Assembly (NCBI GenBank): GCA_900088475.1
Contig: FLMG01002232.1
Coordinates: forward strand, 6,338 to 70,337
DNA length: 64,000 nt
Source of the DNA: Hyphochytrium catenoides
Taxonomy: Eukaryota; Protista; Hyphochytriomycota
Direction: 5' to 3'
The notes beneath the pieces are model-generated. The model was not told the origin of the DNA. It made no database searches and was given only the letters and a program-made list of their open reading frames with translations. Below, in pieces: positions 20,161 through 33,600 of this stretch (its first letter is position 1; every line of letters starts with the position of its first letter). A program made the translations under genes and the position numbers.

Positions 20161-22151
20161 GAGAGAGAAGAGAGAGAGATGAGGCCGCAGCCTTCATCGA
20201 TGACCTGGGAAAGGAAAGATGGGGGAAGTAAGGCGTTTCTATTTACTTCGGTGGACCAGTGTAACCTTTTTTATTGGATTGGTGGTATCTCACAGGTCCC
20301 TCCTTTGGGCACTGCCTGTCTCTTCTGTCTCTATCCTCTTTATTCCTCGTTTCTTCCCGTTCAAACTGGTCATCTGACTTTTCTTCTTGTAGACCCGTCC
20401 ACTGGACTTAAGAAGCTGAACTATCTTCTCGCCAATCCGCCCTTCCCACCGACAACCTTTGGCAATCTCCTTCTTTTACACTGCAAGCACCAGTACTATG
20501 ACTTGGCTGCGGACGTCCTTGCAGAGAATGCTCATCTCTCGTTCAAGCTTCTCTCTCAAGATCTTTATGAGTTCTTAGACACTACAATCATGGTGCAGAC
20601 AAGCCCAGAGGAGGCCTACAGGAAGTTTGATGAGCTCACAAACAAGCATATTGATAACCTGCGAAAATTGACAAAGCAGATTCAAGATGCAAGAATAGCA
20701 AGAGATAATGAGAAGATCAAACAGAGTCTTAAAGACTATGACGAAGCTCTAGAGCGGTACGTGCACTAAAAGAAGAAGGTCGAGAGCTCACAGGGTTCAA
20801 GACTTCTGTTAGGCTGCTTCTGGCTAACCGCTATCTCAACCTGTAAGGTACATCCCAGTGCTCATGGGTATGGCTCGAATCTATTGGGAGAGGGAGAACT
20901 ATCCGATGGTGGAGAAGATCTTTAGACAGTCGGCAGAGTTCTGCTCTGAGCACGAGATCTGGAAGCTGAATGTGGCCCATACGTTCTTTATGCAGGAAAC
21001 AAAGTTCAAGGAAGCTATCAGGTTCTCTATCCACCTCTTCTTCCTTTACCCATTATCATTTTCTTCATGAGTCCTTCCTCTGCCGTCCTGCTATCGTAAA
21101 GCCCTACCTTTCTCTCTCTCACTACCGAGCGCATCCGATGTGCAGGTACTATGAGCCCTTTGTGAAGAAGCATTACGATAGCATCTTGGATGTCCAGGCA
21201 ATCGTCCTTGCCAATCTCTGCGTCAGCTATATCATGACGAGCCAGAACGAAGAGGCTGAAGAACTGATGAGACTCATCGAGAAAGAGGCATGAATAGCCA
21301 TTCTCTCTCGCCGTCTCTTTCTGTGTGTGTGTCTCTCTGTGTGTGTCGCGTCTTTTTTATCTCTCATCGGCCTACTCCTTAAACCTCTACTGATAGGCCA
21401 CTACCTCGTTTATAGCTCAAACTCTCTAACCCTTTCAAATCGTGATGTTCCTTGACAGGAGGAGAAATTATCCTATAGTAACCCTGAGAAGCAAGTGTAC
21501 CATCTCTGCATCGTCAACCTTGTCATCGGCACGCTTTACTGCGCTAAAGGGAACTTTGAGTTTGGCATCAGGTAAGGCCTGGCATCGCCTTTCCGTTAGC
21601 TGACCGTCTTCCTCTGGAGTTCACTGCTTCCTTGATTTTTAGATCTCATAGCCACCTCGAACCTTTTGTGGCCCTCCTTTAAGCTCACCTGTCGCTGGAC
21701 AGCCATCAGTTGGTCTTTCTCTATCCTATAATAATGCTTCGAACCATTGTAGCTGAGGTGTTCACTCGCAGCCAGTTGCTTTCTTACTTCTGTCACTGGC
21801 TTCCTTGATACTTCTATGTAACGAATTATCTCTTCGCCTTGTTCTCCTCTTCGCAGCCGTATAATCAAGTCCTTGGAACCGTACGATAAGAAGATTTCCA
21901 CCGACACGTGGTACTATGCAAAGCGCTGCTTCCTTGCTCTCGCTGAGCAGCTAGCAAAGCATATGCTGATGCTGAAGGACAACACCCTCCAAGAGATCCT
22001 TTCTTTCCTTGACGAAGCAGACAAAAACGGCGGCAAGATATACACCTCCGTAGAGATGGGCATAGATGGGGAAGACCCAGTGGAGCCACGGCACACGGTA
22101 AGTTATGACGCGCGGCAACTGAAGAGAATATTCATGAAGCTAAGGGATTAG
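18129..22151 (+). CDS. TTC30: Tetratricopeptide repeat protein 30 / IFT70 (DYF-1, fleer), IFT-B subunit; 9 exons
   Basis: PEGSYTTTIYGLIK, SRAALSLLGYC, IIERGVREHPEL, EAFNLKAAIE, DMPPRREEELDPVSLHNQAL, PFPPTTFGNLLLL, YHLCIVNLVIGTLYCAKGNFEFGISR, DTWYYAKRCFL. Confidence 0.97.
19363..19436. other. Assembly gap (N run) hiding a TTC30 splice donor, followed by a (TCTA)n microsatellite at about 19437-19519
   Basis: N run. The exon reads ...DVR into the gap and resumes at cag|CGTCGGCAAC (S-V-G-N). Confidence 0.95.
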
Positions 22152-22170
22152 GCGATGGTCCGCGCACAGC

Positions 22171-22236
22171 CGACTCCTATGTTATCAATCCATATAATGA
22201 AGTCGACTCCTATGTTATCAATCCATATAATGAAGT
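22171..22236 (+). repeat. Perfect 2 x 33 bp tandem duplication just after the TTC30 stop
   Basis: CGACTCCTATGTTATCAATCCATATAATGAAGT at 22171-22203 and 22204-22236. Confidence 0.95.
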
Positions 22237-22599
22237 CCGTCTCATTAGCCATGTCATCAAAAGACGACCGTCCTCTCTCTCTCTCTCTCTCTCTCGCTCT
22301 GTCCTCTTGCACAGTCACCGAGTCTTTGATTGCCCCTGCTTGTACGTCATCCTCTCCAGATTATTTCGTTTGATTACTTAGACAAGTCTATAATGGGCTC
22401 AACCAAGTATAAAAACAGTTGCAGCTGGCCACTGTCCTCGAATCATGGACTTAAGATCCTAACTGCGTAACCCGGACTCTAGTAAGAAGATGTCAAGCGG
22501 GAGATCTAAGGACCTTTGGACGTGGAGGTACTTGCCCGCCCAAATATGCGGTGCTATGACGAGCTAGCTTGAGGATTCAGCGGAAGATTGGTGTGGAGG

Positions 22600-22790
22600 C
22601 GCCGACAGAGCTTGCTTGGGGCAGAGCTTCCCGGTGTCACGACAGAGCCTATCTAGGGAGTTTGTGGTGTGGCGCCGGAGCCTACGGAGGCAGAGCTTCT
22701 GGATGAGTCGACGGAGCTTGCCTGAGGCAGGGGTTGTGTGTATCGACAGAGCTCGTTGGAGTGAGAGATTGCCGCTTCAACAGAGATTGT
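22600..22790 (+). repeat. Degenerate minisatellite with about 35 bp period and a CGACAGAGC-like core
   Basis: Core variants near 22603, 22640, 22675, 22709, 22744 and 22778. Confidence 0.6.
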
Positions 22791-23049
22791 TATTTGCAAA
22801 AAGAAGAGAGAGTAGAGCCCGGCCAGGTCGAGCTGTCATAGACCCAAGCTGTTTGATGGCAACTAGAGCCTGCCCCGACCAAACGCCAGTGTCTCTCATC
22901 TCAGTAGAACTGATGAGCTTGAAATAGCATCTCGCAAGGAAAGCAAGCGATAGACAGAGAGATTGGGATCGCGCTCCTGGAGTAGATCTGACGGGCAAGG
23001 CAATCCTCACATCCTCTCCCTCTCCGCCATCATCACATCCCGTCTGATC

Positions 23050-23086
<37 letters not shown>

Positions 23087-23442
23087 CCTCCCCTCTCCCT
23101 CTCCTCTTTCGGCATCTCTCCTGTCATATCTGGCGCCCTTTCTCCCTCACCCTTCCCTCCTCAACACGTTTGTTGAAGCTCGAGGTCTATTATTCTTCCC
23201 TCCTCCTGGTCTGCTCCTCAAACTTCAGAAGGCCAAAGCACCCACTTTCTTCACTCTACAGTCTCTTGTCTTCTTGAATCTTCCACGCCGCCAAGTGGAG
23301 CGCTCTTTGCTCATAGCGTTCCAATCATCTCGCTGCCTCGTTGCGGTAGAGTAAGCTGCACCGCCAGGCGTCCACCCTGCACCAACGAGAGGACACGCGG
23401 CTTGTAAGAGGTCAACAGGACTCAGCAGCTTTGGCCAGCAGA

Positions 23443-26366
23443 ATGGCTAGTGAAGACTCCAAGATGCGCAGTGTGCAGTGGGACCAAAAGAAGTGCTGCC
23501 TCCAGATGATAGACCAGCGTGTCCTACCTTTGGAGTTCAAGGTAAGCTCAGGTCTGCTTTCCCCTGCGCTGTACTCTCGTTGTGTGTGCGAATGCGTGCC
23601 ACATGTCTACGTCTCTATCTATTCTGACGTCTACCTTTCTGCTCTCTGCCTCATAGACGGTTGAGTGCAGCACGGTCGAAGATGTCGCGACGCACATCAC
23701 GAAGATGACCGTCCGTAAGTGCATGAATTGAGAGTGGACCATAAGCTGTTCGTCATCCCTTTAGTCCCTACTGGGTCTCGCCGGACGTTATTTTACCTAT
23801 TCTTCTCCATCTCATTGAAACATGTCATGTGGTAGGTGGTGCCCCAGCTATCGGGGCGGCAGGTGCTTATGGCATGGCTATTGCGGCCAGACGCTCAACA
23901 ACCGGAGAAAGGTGCGGGCGAAACTTGCGACGTCCACATGCTCGTCTTGTTCTCGTTTGCTTCGCGCTAAGGCTTTTGAATCAATGAGCTACCGGCATTA
24001 TCTGCTCTTTACCGTCCTCCTCTTAGGAGGTTTCTGACCCCACGCCTCCAAGCGGAACACAAGCGCTCCTAGTCGATGGTCTCGCTATCCCTTTGAACCC
24101 TCACTTATCTCTTACCTTGTCTCTTTGCTCAAAGCAGCCAGCAGTTGATTCATAGCTTAAGAGAAGCGAAAGAAGTCCTCGATGCCGCGCGGCCGACAGC
24201 TGTAAATCTTAGCTGGGTAAGAGCTAGAAGACGGAAACTCCTCCGCGGGACTTAGGCAGGGGAGCGAGAAGAAAAGAGAAAGGGAAAGACATAGAAGAGC
24301 GAGGACAGAAAACGTGCGAGAGAGAAGAGAGAAGAATTGCAAGACTAAAGAAATAGTTGACGAGAAGACAGGACTGAAGTCTATACACAATAGCATGCTA
24401 TCAACCTTTCAGGTTTCTTCTGACCTCAGCCTCGTTGTCTCCTTTACTCTTCTACAAACTGCAGGCCACAAGCCGGCTCTTGGCCTGGGCAGAGAAGGCA
24501 GAGAAGAGGTATCTTGGTCTGCGTGGTAGTCAGCATACCAGGGTCATGAGCTAATAGGTCTCTCACTTCATTTTTCAAACGCTTGTCGTTACCGTTCGCA
24601 ACTAACGTCGTAGTGGTTCGGATGTCCATGAGATTCGGTCCGGCGTCCTAGAGCAGGCCCACAACCTTGCCGAGGAGGTAAGAGGAGGAATGGAAGAGCA
24701 CGAACAGGACCAAGTTTTGGGCATCTCCATTCGTTGTACCGCTTGCGTTCCGCTGCTTGCTGGGCCTAATCATCTTCTACCTCTCCCTCATACATTGAAA
24801 GGATGTCGAAATCAACCGCCGGCTATCAAAGTTTGGCGCAGACCTTGTACGCAAAGGCGCCAACGTTCTCCATCACTGCAACACTGGCGCTCTCGCTACC
24901 GTTGACATAGGAACAGCCCTGGGAGTAATCTATGGTAAGAGAGCCTCCGTCAAGGGAGAAGGGCGGAAGGGCACCCACGCTTGACAGGTGGAGGCTTGTG
25001 AGTGGCCCCTTTCTCTAGGCTTTCGGCCCCGTGTAGCCTTACTTCCGTGTGGTCTCCTCCTGCGCCTAGCAATTTTCTTCTTCCTTCTCCCAGCATGATC
25101 CTTAAGTGTCTCCGGTGGTGGAAGAAGGTCGTGATCATTAGCAACCTTGTTGGTCATTTTTGTAGGATAGTCTATTTTCTCCTACACGCCTCTCCCTAAC
25201 TTATGGTCTTATAGAATCTCATGCGCAAAACAAGAACATTCATGTCTGGGTGGATGAGACCAGGCCCCGTCTGCAGGGCTCAACGTTAACAGCCTGGGAG
25301 TTAATGCGAGCTAAGGTTCCGATGCACTTGATTGTTGATAACGCAGCAGGGCACTTGATGAGGACCGGGAAGGTATAGGGCTGGACTCTTATCCGTTCTC
25401 ACTCTTGTCCTCGACCGAAGTCCCTTTCTGACAAACCTATCACCTCCCTGGGTGGCCCATGTGCTTTCGTTCATCCTCCGTGTGGCGGGCGCGAAAATCT
25501 CTAACATCATGCCCTCTGGCTAGGTCGACATTATTCTTTTTGGCGCCGATAGAGTTGCAGCGAATGGGGACGTGGCAAACAAGATTGGAACATACAAGGT
25601 ATAGATGCTTGAGAAGAGTTCGTGTGTCTTGTAACTTTTGGAGCGGCAGTATCCATTCAGCAGCACAATGCGTGTTCCTGACTGATAGCATAAACCTGCA
25701 GGTGGCGGTCTGTGGTAGAGAAAACGGGATTCCTGTGTATGCTTGCGTCCCTACAAGGTATGCAATACTTCTTTGCCTCCAACTATAGTCACCACGGTGA
25801 TGGAGGGAAACGTGGTGCTTTTTGTGACTCACACCTTAACCCTTCCCTTCTGCAGCACTATCGACCTCAACTGCGCCACTGGTGATGATATCCCTATTGA
25901 AGAAAGAAGCCCAGAAGAGGTAAGACGTTTTAGAATTCATTCAGAGACACAGAGACGGAGACTGGGCCACAGGAACAGTGAGATAACCATTGGCTGGTAG
26001 ACTTGGAAGAGAGAGGGACGTCAAACGATCTAGGATAGAGTCCGAGGAGCGTTGACGGTTCTGCTGCCATCAGGTTACGTTCTTTGGAGCCAAGCGTACC
26101 GCACCTGAGGGCTGTCCTGTTTACAATCCGGGCTTCGATGTCACGCCCGCGAAGTATTTGACTGGGATCATTACAGATGAAGGTAAGCACATCACTTCCT
26201 TGCTAAGCTGCCTCTCGCCAACCTTGCCCATGACTACTACTTCTGTTGGCGAAGTCTTGTCTTGACCTTTATTTTTATAGGTGTCTGTTACCCTCCGTTT
26301 GAGCTCAGTTTGCGGAAAGCAGTTCAGGCAGCAAAGGACAGAGCAGCTAGGGAAGGGCGGCTCTGA
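23443..26366 (+). CDS. MRI1: Methylthioribose-1-phosphate isomerase (methionine salvage), about 12 exons
   Basis: [12 protein letters not shown]|[79 protein letters not shown]. Confidence 0.96.
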
Positions 26367-26492
26367 TCTAACATGAGAGAACTCTCTTACGCAAAGAAGA
26401 GTCGCAATGGAGCCAGTAGCTTTAATCTTCTGTTAAACGCTTTCTCTTCTCTCTATGGCTACAAAGGTTTTCCCTTCCTTCTATTGCTACTC

Positions 26493-29400
26493 CTATCGGA
26501 ACTCTGCGGAGACTCCGAACTGCCCGCGCTTCGTTTGGTCCTGGACAGTAAAGGAGTTAACGTGTAGTGAGAAGAAAGTGACTGGTGAGAGTAGTATAGG
26601 TTTTAGAGACAGAACGATGAGTTCTTACCGCGCCATCCGCGCCTTCCCTAAGTATCCACGAGTAATTTAACTCAAATCGTCCCACACCAGCGTCAAAGAC
26701 CTGAAGGAGATAGGTGTCAGTGGTTGAAGTACACCAAGAAGCAAAGAAGGAATGCCGTCACAAAAGACAAACATGCAGGTGCCGTAGAGCAATTAGCTGG
26801 CAGCTCATGATAGAATGGTTCTTTAGTCTCTTCAAAGGTACCAACGTCAGGGCATGACACTAGGCGCATCCCTACCAGTCCACCGCCAGCAGATATTCTG
26901 ACGTCACCCAACTTCCTGAACTCTCCTGCCTTGTGAATGTTCGTCAAAGTACCCGCGTCGCTGTAGACGTGGAAGCGGAACCCCTGTTGCTGTGGTGTGA
27001 AATAGAAAAGAGGCCATCAGCCCAGCTGACGCTATTATACTCGTTGTTGGGTCAGTTCTTTTCCAATTGCTAATGCTCGCAAGCTCCTGCTAGTGGTGCC
27101 ACTACCCCTTACCACTCATAAAGAGTGTCCTTGGCTCCTCTCCCCTATCGCACTTACCGCTAGAAGTCTGTTAGGGACTGGAAGGCTCAAGGAGGCAGAG
27201 GCAGTCGCCATCACGTTGCCTCCGAGAGCGTCTCCCTGCGGTATTCCTCCTTCTCCTGCCACCGACCGCGGACCTACCCCCTGCAGCAACATCAAGTAAA
27301 TAGTTGTATTCCTTTACACTCCTGGTTTCTTCTACTGGTGAATTGGTTGAGGACCAGCCTTTTCTTTCCCCGTGATTGCCAGCTCTCATTGGCCCTAGTA
27401 GCGTACCCTAACGTCGAATCCTCTGAGAAGAGAGCCTCCTAAGAAGAATCTATCAGATATGTGCACGCTTCTCTCAGCCCCTTTCCCCAACGCCTGTAAT
27501 ATGCCTGAATATACAAGATCGGTTTAGATTTGCAGTGTCAGAGTTGGGAGAAGGAAGGCGGTTCTAGGAAGTGATAAGACGAGACAGGCATCGACCCAAA
27601 GCAGAGAAAACTGATATTGGTAAGGAGGATGGAAACGATGTATTCATAGAACTAACACGGTCAAAGAGAAAGCTGGCGAACGACACTGTAGATGCCAAAG
27701 ATAAGAATCCACGAAGAAAGCATGAACCTATATGGGCTCCTAAATGAAGCACTACGCCCGGCACTCCCCAGAGAGGAGGCGTCAGTGCTGAATGAGTCTG
27801 GTATGAAGCTTGGACTTTGGCAAACTGTCCAAGAGAAAGAGACCAGTAAGGAGTATTATTCGAAAGAAAAGAACGGAATTGTATTCTAACTAATGCGACA
27901 GGTCCTGCAGATGCCCCAGTTTCGGCAGGAGAAGCCTTAGAAAAGACGAAGATATACACTGCAAGGGACAGCAATAAGGAGAGAAAACGCAGAGAGAAAA
28001 TGAGAGGGAGAGAGAAACATTTTCTGCCAGGAGAAGAATAGCACCCACGAGACCCACATCATACCCTTAGGTGAGCTACCCTATAAAAGCCCTTACCTTT
28101 GTGTCACCAAGAAGACCTGCAACTTCCGCACTGTTGCAGAGGGTTAGAACGTGAAACTGTAAATGGATCGAAAGGCGATCGCCGTACCTTAGGCGGCCCA
28201 GATAGCCTGCTGAAGGGGAGGTTCTGCTGTCGCGCCGGTCAGCGGTTAAAGTATACTGCCATACAAAGAATTATCATTGATATTACAGTTAGCCCTGGTA
28301 AGCCGAAAGAAGTGCCTCTGAGGGCTTACGCCTATGCTCGTCTTCAAAGAGGGCACCGCATCCTGCAAAATGCTGGCAGCAAGACCAGAGAGAAGGAAAG
28401 AGGAGTTATATAAGGAATTCCCGATAAGTCATGTCAGCCTTTATAATTGAAGAGTAGCGTTGATAGGTGTCCTCTTACCTTCGAGATGCCGCAAAGGCAA
28501 ACGGGATGGCCTCCATACGCTTAGGAAGAATGTCCCTCCAAGAAACATCAAAATGCAACTATGGAGTGAGAAAGAGTTAGGGAGAGCATAAGATGGTACG
28601 GCATTGAGGCTGACCGAAAGAGGAAGTAAACAGCATAGATGTAGTGGTAGTCCATGCACATATCTAGAAAGACAATTTTCTACTAGCGAGTTGAGGACGC
28701 ATGTTGCTAATCCCAATCTTCAAGTCTTGCTTACCCCATGGACGCTTTCTCTGTCATAGATGCTGGCCTTCACTCCACGTTGCTTCTCACTATAAGAACT
28801 GAAACGTTCAAATGCCTACGCAGTCCGGAATGTTAAGGCTGGAAGTCTACATCTAAAGGCCATACAGAAGAGGGAGAAATAGAGGAATAGAGAGTATGGG
28901 GTGGCGTTGACGTTACATTGAGATGGTTGAACCCATGGACGACAAAGTGACTGTCTCCGCCTAAGAATTGAGGTTTCTTGTACAAAAGGCTCATGTGACT
29001 GCTATGAAGATGCCCTGTAGCATATTCTCCAATGATCTTCTCTCCCTCTCCCAAGGGATTAATGAGTGCAAGTTTAGACTCCACTGTTCCTTCGCCCTCT
29101 CTAACAAATGTCGCTGAGGGCCATGGTGGTGAGAAGGCAGTGTTAAAGCAAGGCAGTGGAAGAGTGGCATGAAAGAGCATCATTACCTGCATTTAGTCGG
29201 ACAACGCCTCTTTCCTTAACTGCTACATTGACCACGATTCCTGTCTCTCCTCCTCCCGTCGCTTGCCCTGAATAAACAGTAAGCTACGACGCTGAAGTTG
29301 CAGAGGGGGCTAGGATGTTTACCTTCATGCAACTGGAAGTCTATCTTTTTAAAAATGTCTAGGCGGTTCAGGCCCTGTTTCAAGGTTGAAGAAGCCAGCG

Positions 29401-29728
29401 GAGAGTTACACTGCTCTAACACGCAAAGGCTATGAACAATCTTACATTAGCAGCAACCTGCAACGCCGTCTCTAGTTCTGACAGCGATCGCGCCTGCAGT
29501 AGCCCCTGTTGCAGTGGATTATCAATAAAGTGACTCGCGTGACCTTACTTCACCTGTACTAGCTCTGAAGCATACCTGGACCTCACGCTCAATGACTTTG
29601 GAGCTGGAAAGAGGTCAACATATCAGCATATCGAGAGGAAGGCGTTAAGGAGAGTTCACCAACCTCGTCCGATTGTTCCCAGTGATAACCAGTCCTTCCA
29701 CCCTCACAGGCTGCTCCGTGACTTCCAT
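26493..29728 (-). CDS. SAM50: SAM50/Tob55 (Omp85-family mitochondrial outer-membrane beta-barrel insertase), many short exons
   Basis: POTRA start (VEGLVITGNNRT, GLNRLDIFKKI), NPLGEGEK, DRFFLGGSLLRGFDVR|GVGPR, DALGGN, RISAGGGL, GRFELNYS and C-terminal beta-signal QFGVSAEF. Confidence 0.92.
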
Positions 29729-30667
29729 GTTCTCGTGAATGTTATAGCAGACGTTTCTCGTAGCCCGTGCCGGTCTCAGAAGGCCCAGCCTCGCTGAAGA
29801 AGCGCGAGGTCTGAAAGGAGAATAGAAGAGAGATTACCCCTACGCGGAAAGAGGAAGTCGTAACCTAAAGGGAAAAGGAAGAGTAAATCTCCCTTCTGTG
29901 CAAAGGTCAGCACAAGGTCAGTTGATGAGCTCAGCAGCAGAGTCTGACAGAGTTTATTGAGTTTTTCACGAAGATTCGCATCTTCGGCGGAATTGTTGAG
30001 CTCCACGAAAATAATGATATTGAGCGGGTAACGGAACAATCAGCCAAAATGATAATCAAAATTTAATAACTAGACTATTCATCCTGAAGATGTAACGACA
30101 TTCTTCGCGATTCCTCTTCACACATTTCTTAGACACATGCTAGTTCGGAATAAATATTCTCTTTATGGGCATATTGCCCCGATAAGTTATTCATATTAGA
30201 AATAAAGATGACTAGCCATGTCGCCCATCATCATCCTGTCTTTTCTCGCGCTTCAGCCGCACGATGTCCGCCCATCCTGGCCCCGCCTTATCGCTGGGTT
30301 CCGCCATCAGTAGTCCTTGCAGAAGAGAAGACGAGAGGCCTTCTCTACAGAGTAGGAGAGCAGGGTTAACCAAGTAAACTTGGCACTTCTTAGGCTTGCC
30401 CATCGTGCAGGACGAAGGCAGCAAAGAGCCTTTAGAGAGCAGAGAAAGGGTCGAAAGGGAAGCTTGTCTCCGGTATGCCTTTAGCTCTCTGCAGTGACGA
30501 AAGGAGCACTCCAACAAGAAAGCTGACAGACTACTGAACGAATGTCATCATAAGATCCTATTTATCTTCACTCAAACTTCGTGAAGTCGAGGTGACTTCT
30601 TGAGGTGCACAGGGCCTGTCTAGTTGGTCACGAGTCATCTGCCCTTGCCCGCTCAAGATAGGGAGTG

Positions 30668-33600
30668 ATGACGGCCTCATCTGAACCAAATGAAGCGCAA
30701 GAAGCGGAGAAAGTGGCTTGCTTGCTCATTGAGGGCAAGCAAGTCCGCCATGATCAGATGCGCTATGATCTAACGTTTAGTGCTTTGAAAAGGAAGGAAG
30801 GCTCCATTGAAATACCATCTCTGACGGACTTTTCAACCTTTCATCTACCACGGCAGCAACCGTCCACGGCGACTCTGGTGGATCTTATTACCCAAGGTGA
30901 AAAGGTGGTAAAAGCCTTTGAGGAATATACACTATCTATCGCAAACCGCTGCCCCGGGGTGCATTGTCACATCTTTCCAGGTGAGTTGTCTGATGAAGAA
31001 ACTATTCTTAGTGTCTGCCAATGCTTTTGGCCTTTCTTAACCCTAGTGTTGGTTCTTTCTCTATTTTGTTCCTTTCGCCCGTAAAGGCCTAAAGAAGGCT
31101 GAAAGGGCTAAGCAGAAGATAAAGAACGACTACGATGGGGATAGCTGTCGCCTGATGGACATTGTGCGCACCTCATTGGTCTTCAACGACGTTTCGGCAT
31201 TGAAGGAAGGTGTCTCCATCCTCATCGAAGATGTGAAGAAGTCCCCTAATATGGAGATTGAGCGGGTCAAGTCAACGTTTAAGGACAGCGCCATTCCTGG
31301 CGGATACCGTGACCTGAAGATCAACATCAGGTTTCAGGGGCACATTTGCGAGATCCAGTTGCACCTCGAGAGTCTATGGGAGCTAAAGAAGGAGGATGGG
31401 CAACGGCACTTTCACTGGTGTGAGGAGCATAAGGTCCTCCCTGACTTCTCCTGTTATGAGCTCCTCGAGAACAGCGCCGTCAGCCCTGCTTGTCTCTCCA
31501 TGGTACTCAACATTGTGAAGAGAAAGATTGGAGAGGATGCTTGGATTTTCGCTCTAGTGCATGGCCGATTGGGTCAATACCAACAGGCTGAGGAGTATTG
31601 CAGACGTGCTATTGGTGATAGTAGCCAAACGCATGGCCGGCAGGATCCACTGACATTAGGTTGTATGAACTATCTGGCACTGCTACTCATCGACCAAGGA
31701 AGGATTAGAGAAGCCGACGAGACGCTTCGGAACACTTTGAAAGGCTTTGAAATGACGTTGGACTCTAATCATCCTCAAACACTGAACACAATCAATCTCC
31801 TAGCATCTTTAATCCTCACTGAGGGTCGATGGGGTGAAGCTGAAGCTCTCTATCGCCGAGCCTTGACAGGCAGGACGGAGGCACTCGGTACTAAGCATCC
31901 TCATACACTCGAGACTCTTAATGCGTTATCAACCTTGCTCTACAAGCAAGGAAAGTATGCGGATGCTGAAGTTCTCTACAGAAAAGCTTTGGTAGGGCTA
32001 GAAGCTCTTCACGGTCCCATGCATGTCAAGACATTGGAGCAGATGACAGCGCTTGCCACCGTGCTCTGCAAACAGGGGCAGATAACAGAGGCCGAGAATC
32101 TTTTCCGGAGGGCTTCTTCCGCCTATGAGAATGTGCTGGGACCGATGCATCCAGAGACACTAACTGCTATCTTCAACCTGGCCTCGCTGCAAGCCGGACA
32201 GGGCCGAAATATCGAGGCTGAAATTCTTCATCGACGAGTGCTGAACTCTAGGGAGGAGTTCTTGGGCTATCTCCATCCTGATACCATGACGAGTGTAGCT
32301 GCCTTGGGTGGTATCTTCCAAGAGGAGAGGAAGTACGAGGAGGCAGAAGAGTTCTATACCCGCTGCATTAGAGGTAAGGACCTTCCGTTCGCGTTAACCG
32401 CGGTTGTGGAACAGCTTTATTCCCGTCTGATTACTGTCTCTTCCTCTCAAGCTCGCTTTAAGACTTCAGACCTGCCGAAGAACGCACACACATCATCTTT
32501 CCTCTTCCCTTTTCCTCCCAAGTACTTTAGTTTCCACAAAATTCCCTCCGTCCTGCCACCTCTTTCTTTCGATCTAACTTCGCCCATATATCAATCCGCG
32601 CAGATCGGGACCAGGTTCTGGGACCTAAGCATCAGCAAACTCTCTCTTGCATCTTTAGTCTCGCGACAATGTATGATGCCCAGGGCAAGTGGTTGGAGGC
32701 TGAGCCTCTATATCGAAGAGCCTTGGCGGGCTTCGAGGAAGTGCTTGGGCCCACTCACCCTGAAACGCTGGCAACCGGGAGCAATCTCGCACTCCTTCTA
32801 AGGAAGCAGGAAAAGATTGATGAAGCGGATCCTCTCTATCGCAAGGTACTGGCAGGTTACGAGCAGGTGTTGGATGAGAACCACCCTCAGACCCTCTCTA
32901 TAATGAGTGGACTTGCGGGCGTCTTGCACATCAAAGGCAGGCTGCAGGAGGCTGAGCCGCTGTATCGTAGGGCACTGCAGGGTTACCAAGAGATATGGGG
33001 AGCACGGAATACCTCTACTCTATTCATTCTCTACAACCTTGCCACCTTATTGAAGCAGCTTGGGAACCTCACTGAGGCTGAGGGGCTCTGCCGAAAGGCC
33101 CTGACAGGATACGAAGAGGTGTTAGGGCAGAAGCACGGGAACACTTTGGACAGCATCTACACTTTGGCTTGCATCCTAGCTGATCAGGGCAAAGTTGCAG
33201 AGGCAGAGTCGTACTATAAGACAGCCCTAGAAAGCTTCGAAGCTGCAATTGGCCCCAAGCATCCCGATACCCTCCGATGCGTGAACGGTCTAGCGATAGT
33301 CCTGGAAGTTCAGCAGAAGATGGAAGAGGCAGAGCAATACTATCGGAGAGCGATGATAGGTTACGATGAGGTACATGGACCCAAACATCCAGACACCATT
33401 AAGAGCGTCAACAACTTGGCCTGTCTCCTCGCCAGTCTCGGCAAACTTCTAGAGGCTGAGCCCCTTTTCCGGAAGGTTATCTCTGAATCTGGAGAGGTTA
33501 CCAAGAACATTGACACTCTGAGAAGCTTATTCAGTCTGGCAGAGCTGCTCTCAGAACAGGGCAAACTTGCGGAAGGAGAGAGCCTTCTGAGAAATGCCCT

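Noticed and set aside
22560-22800. CRISPR-like interpretation of the roughly 35 bp periodic array
   Set aside because: The conserved core is only about 9 bp and degenerate, the context is eukaryotic, and there are no cas genes
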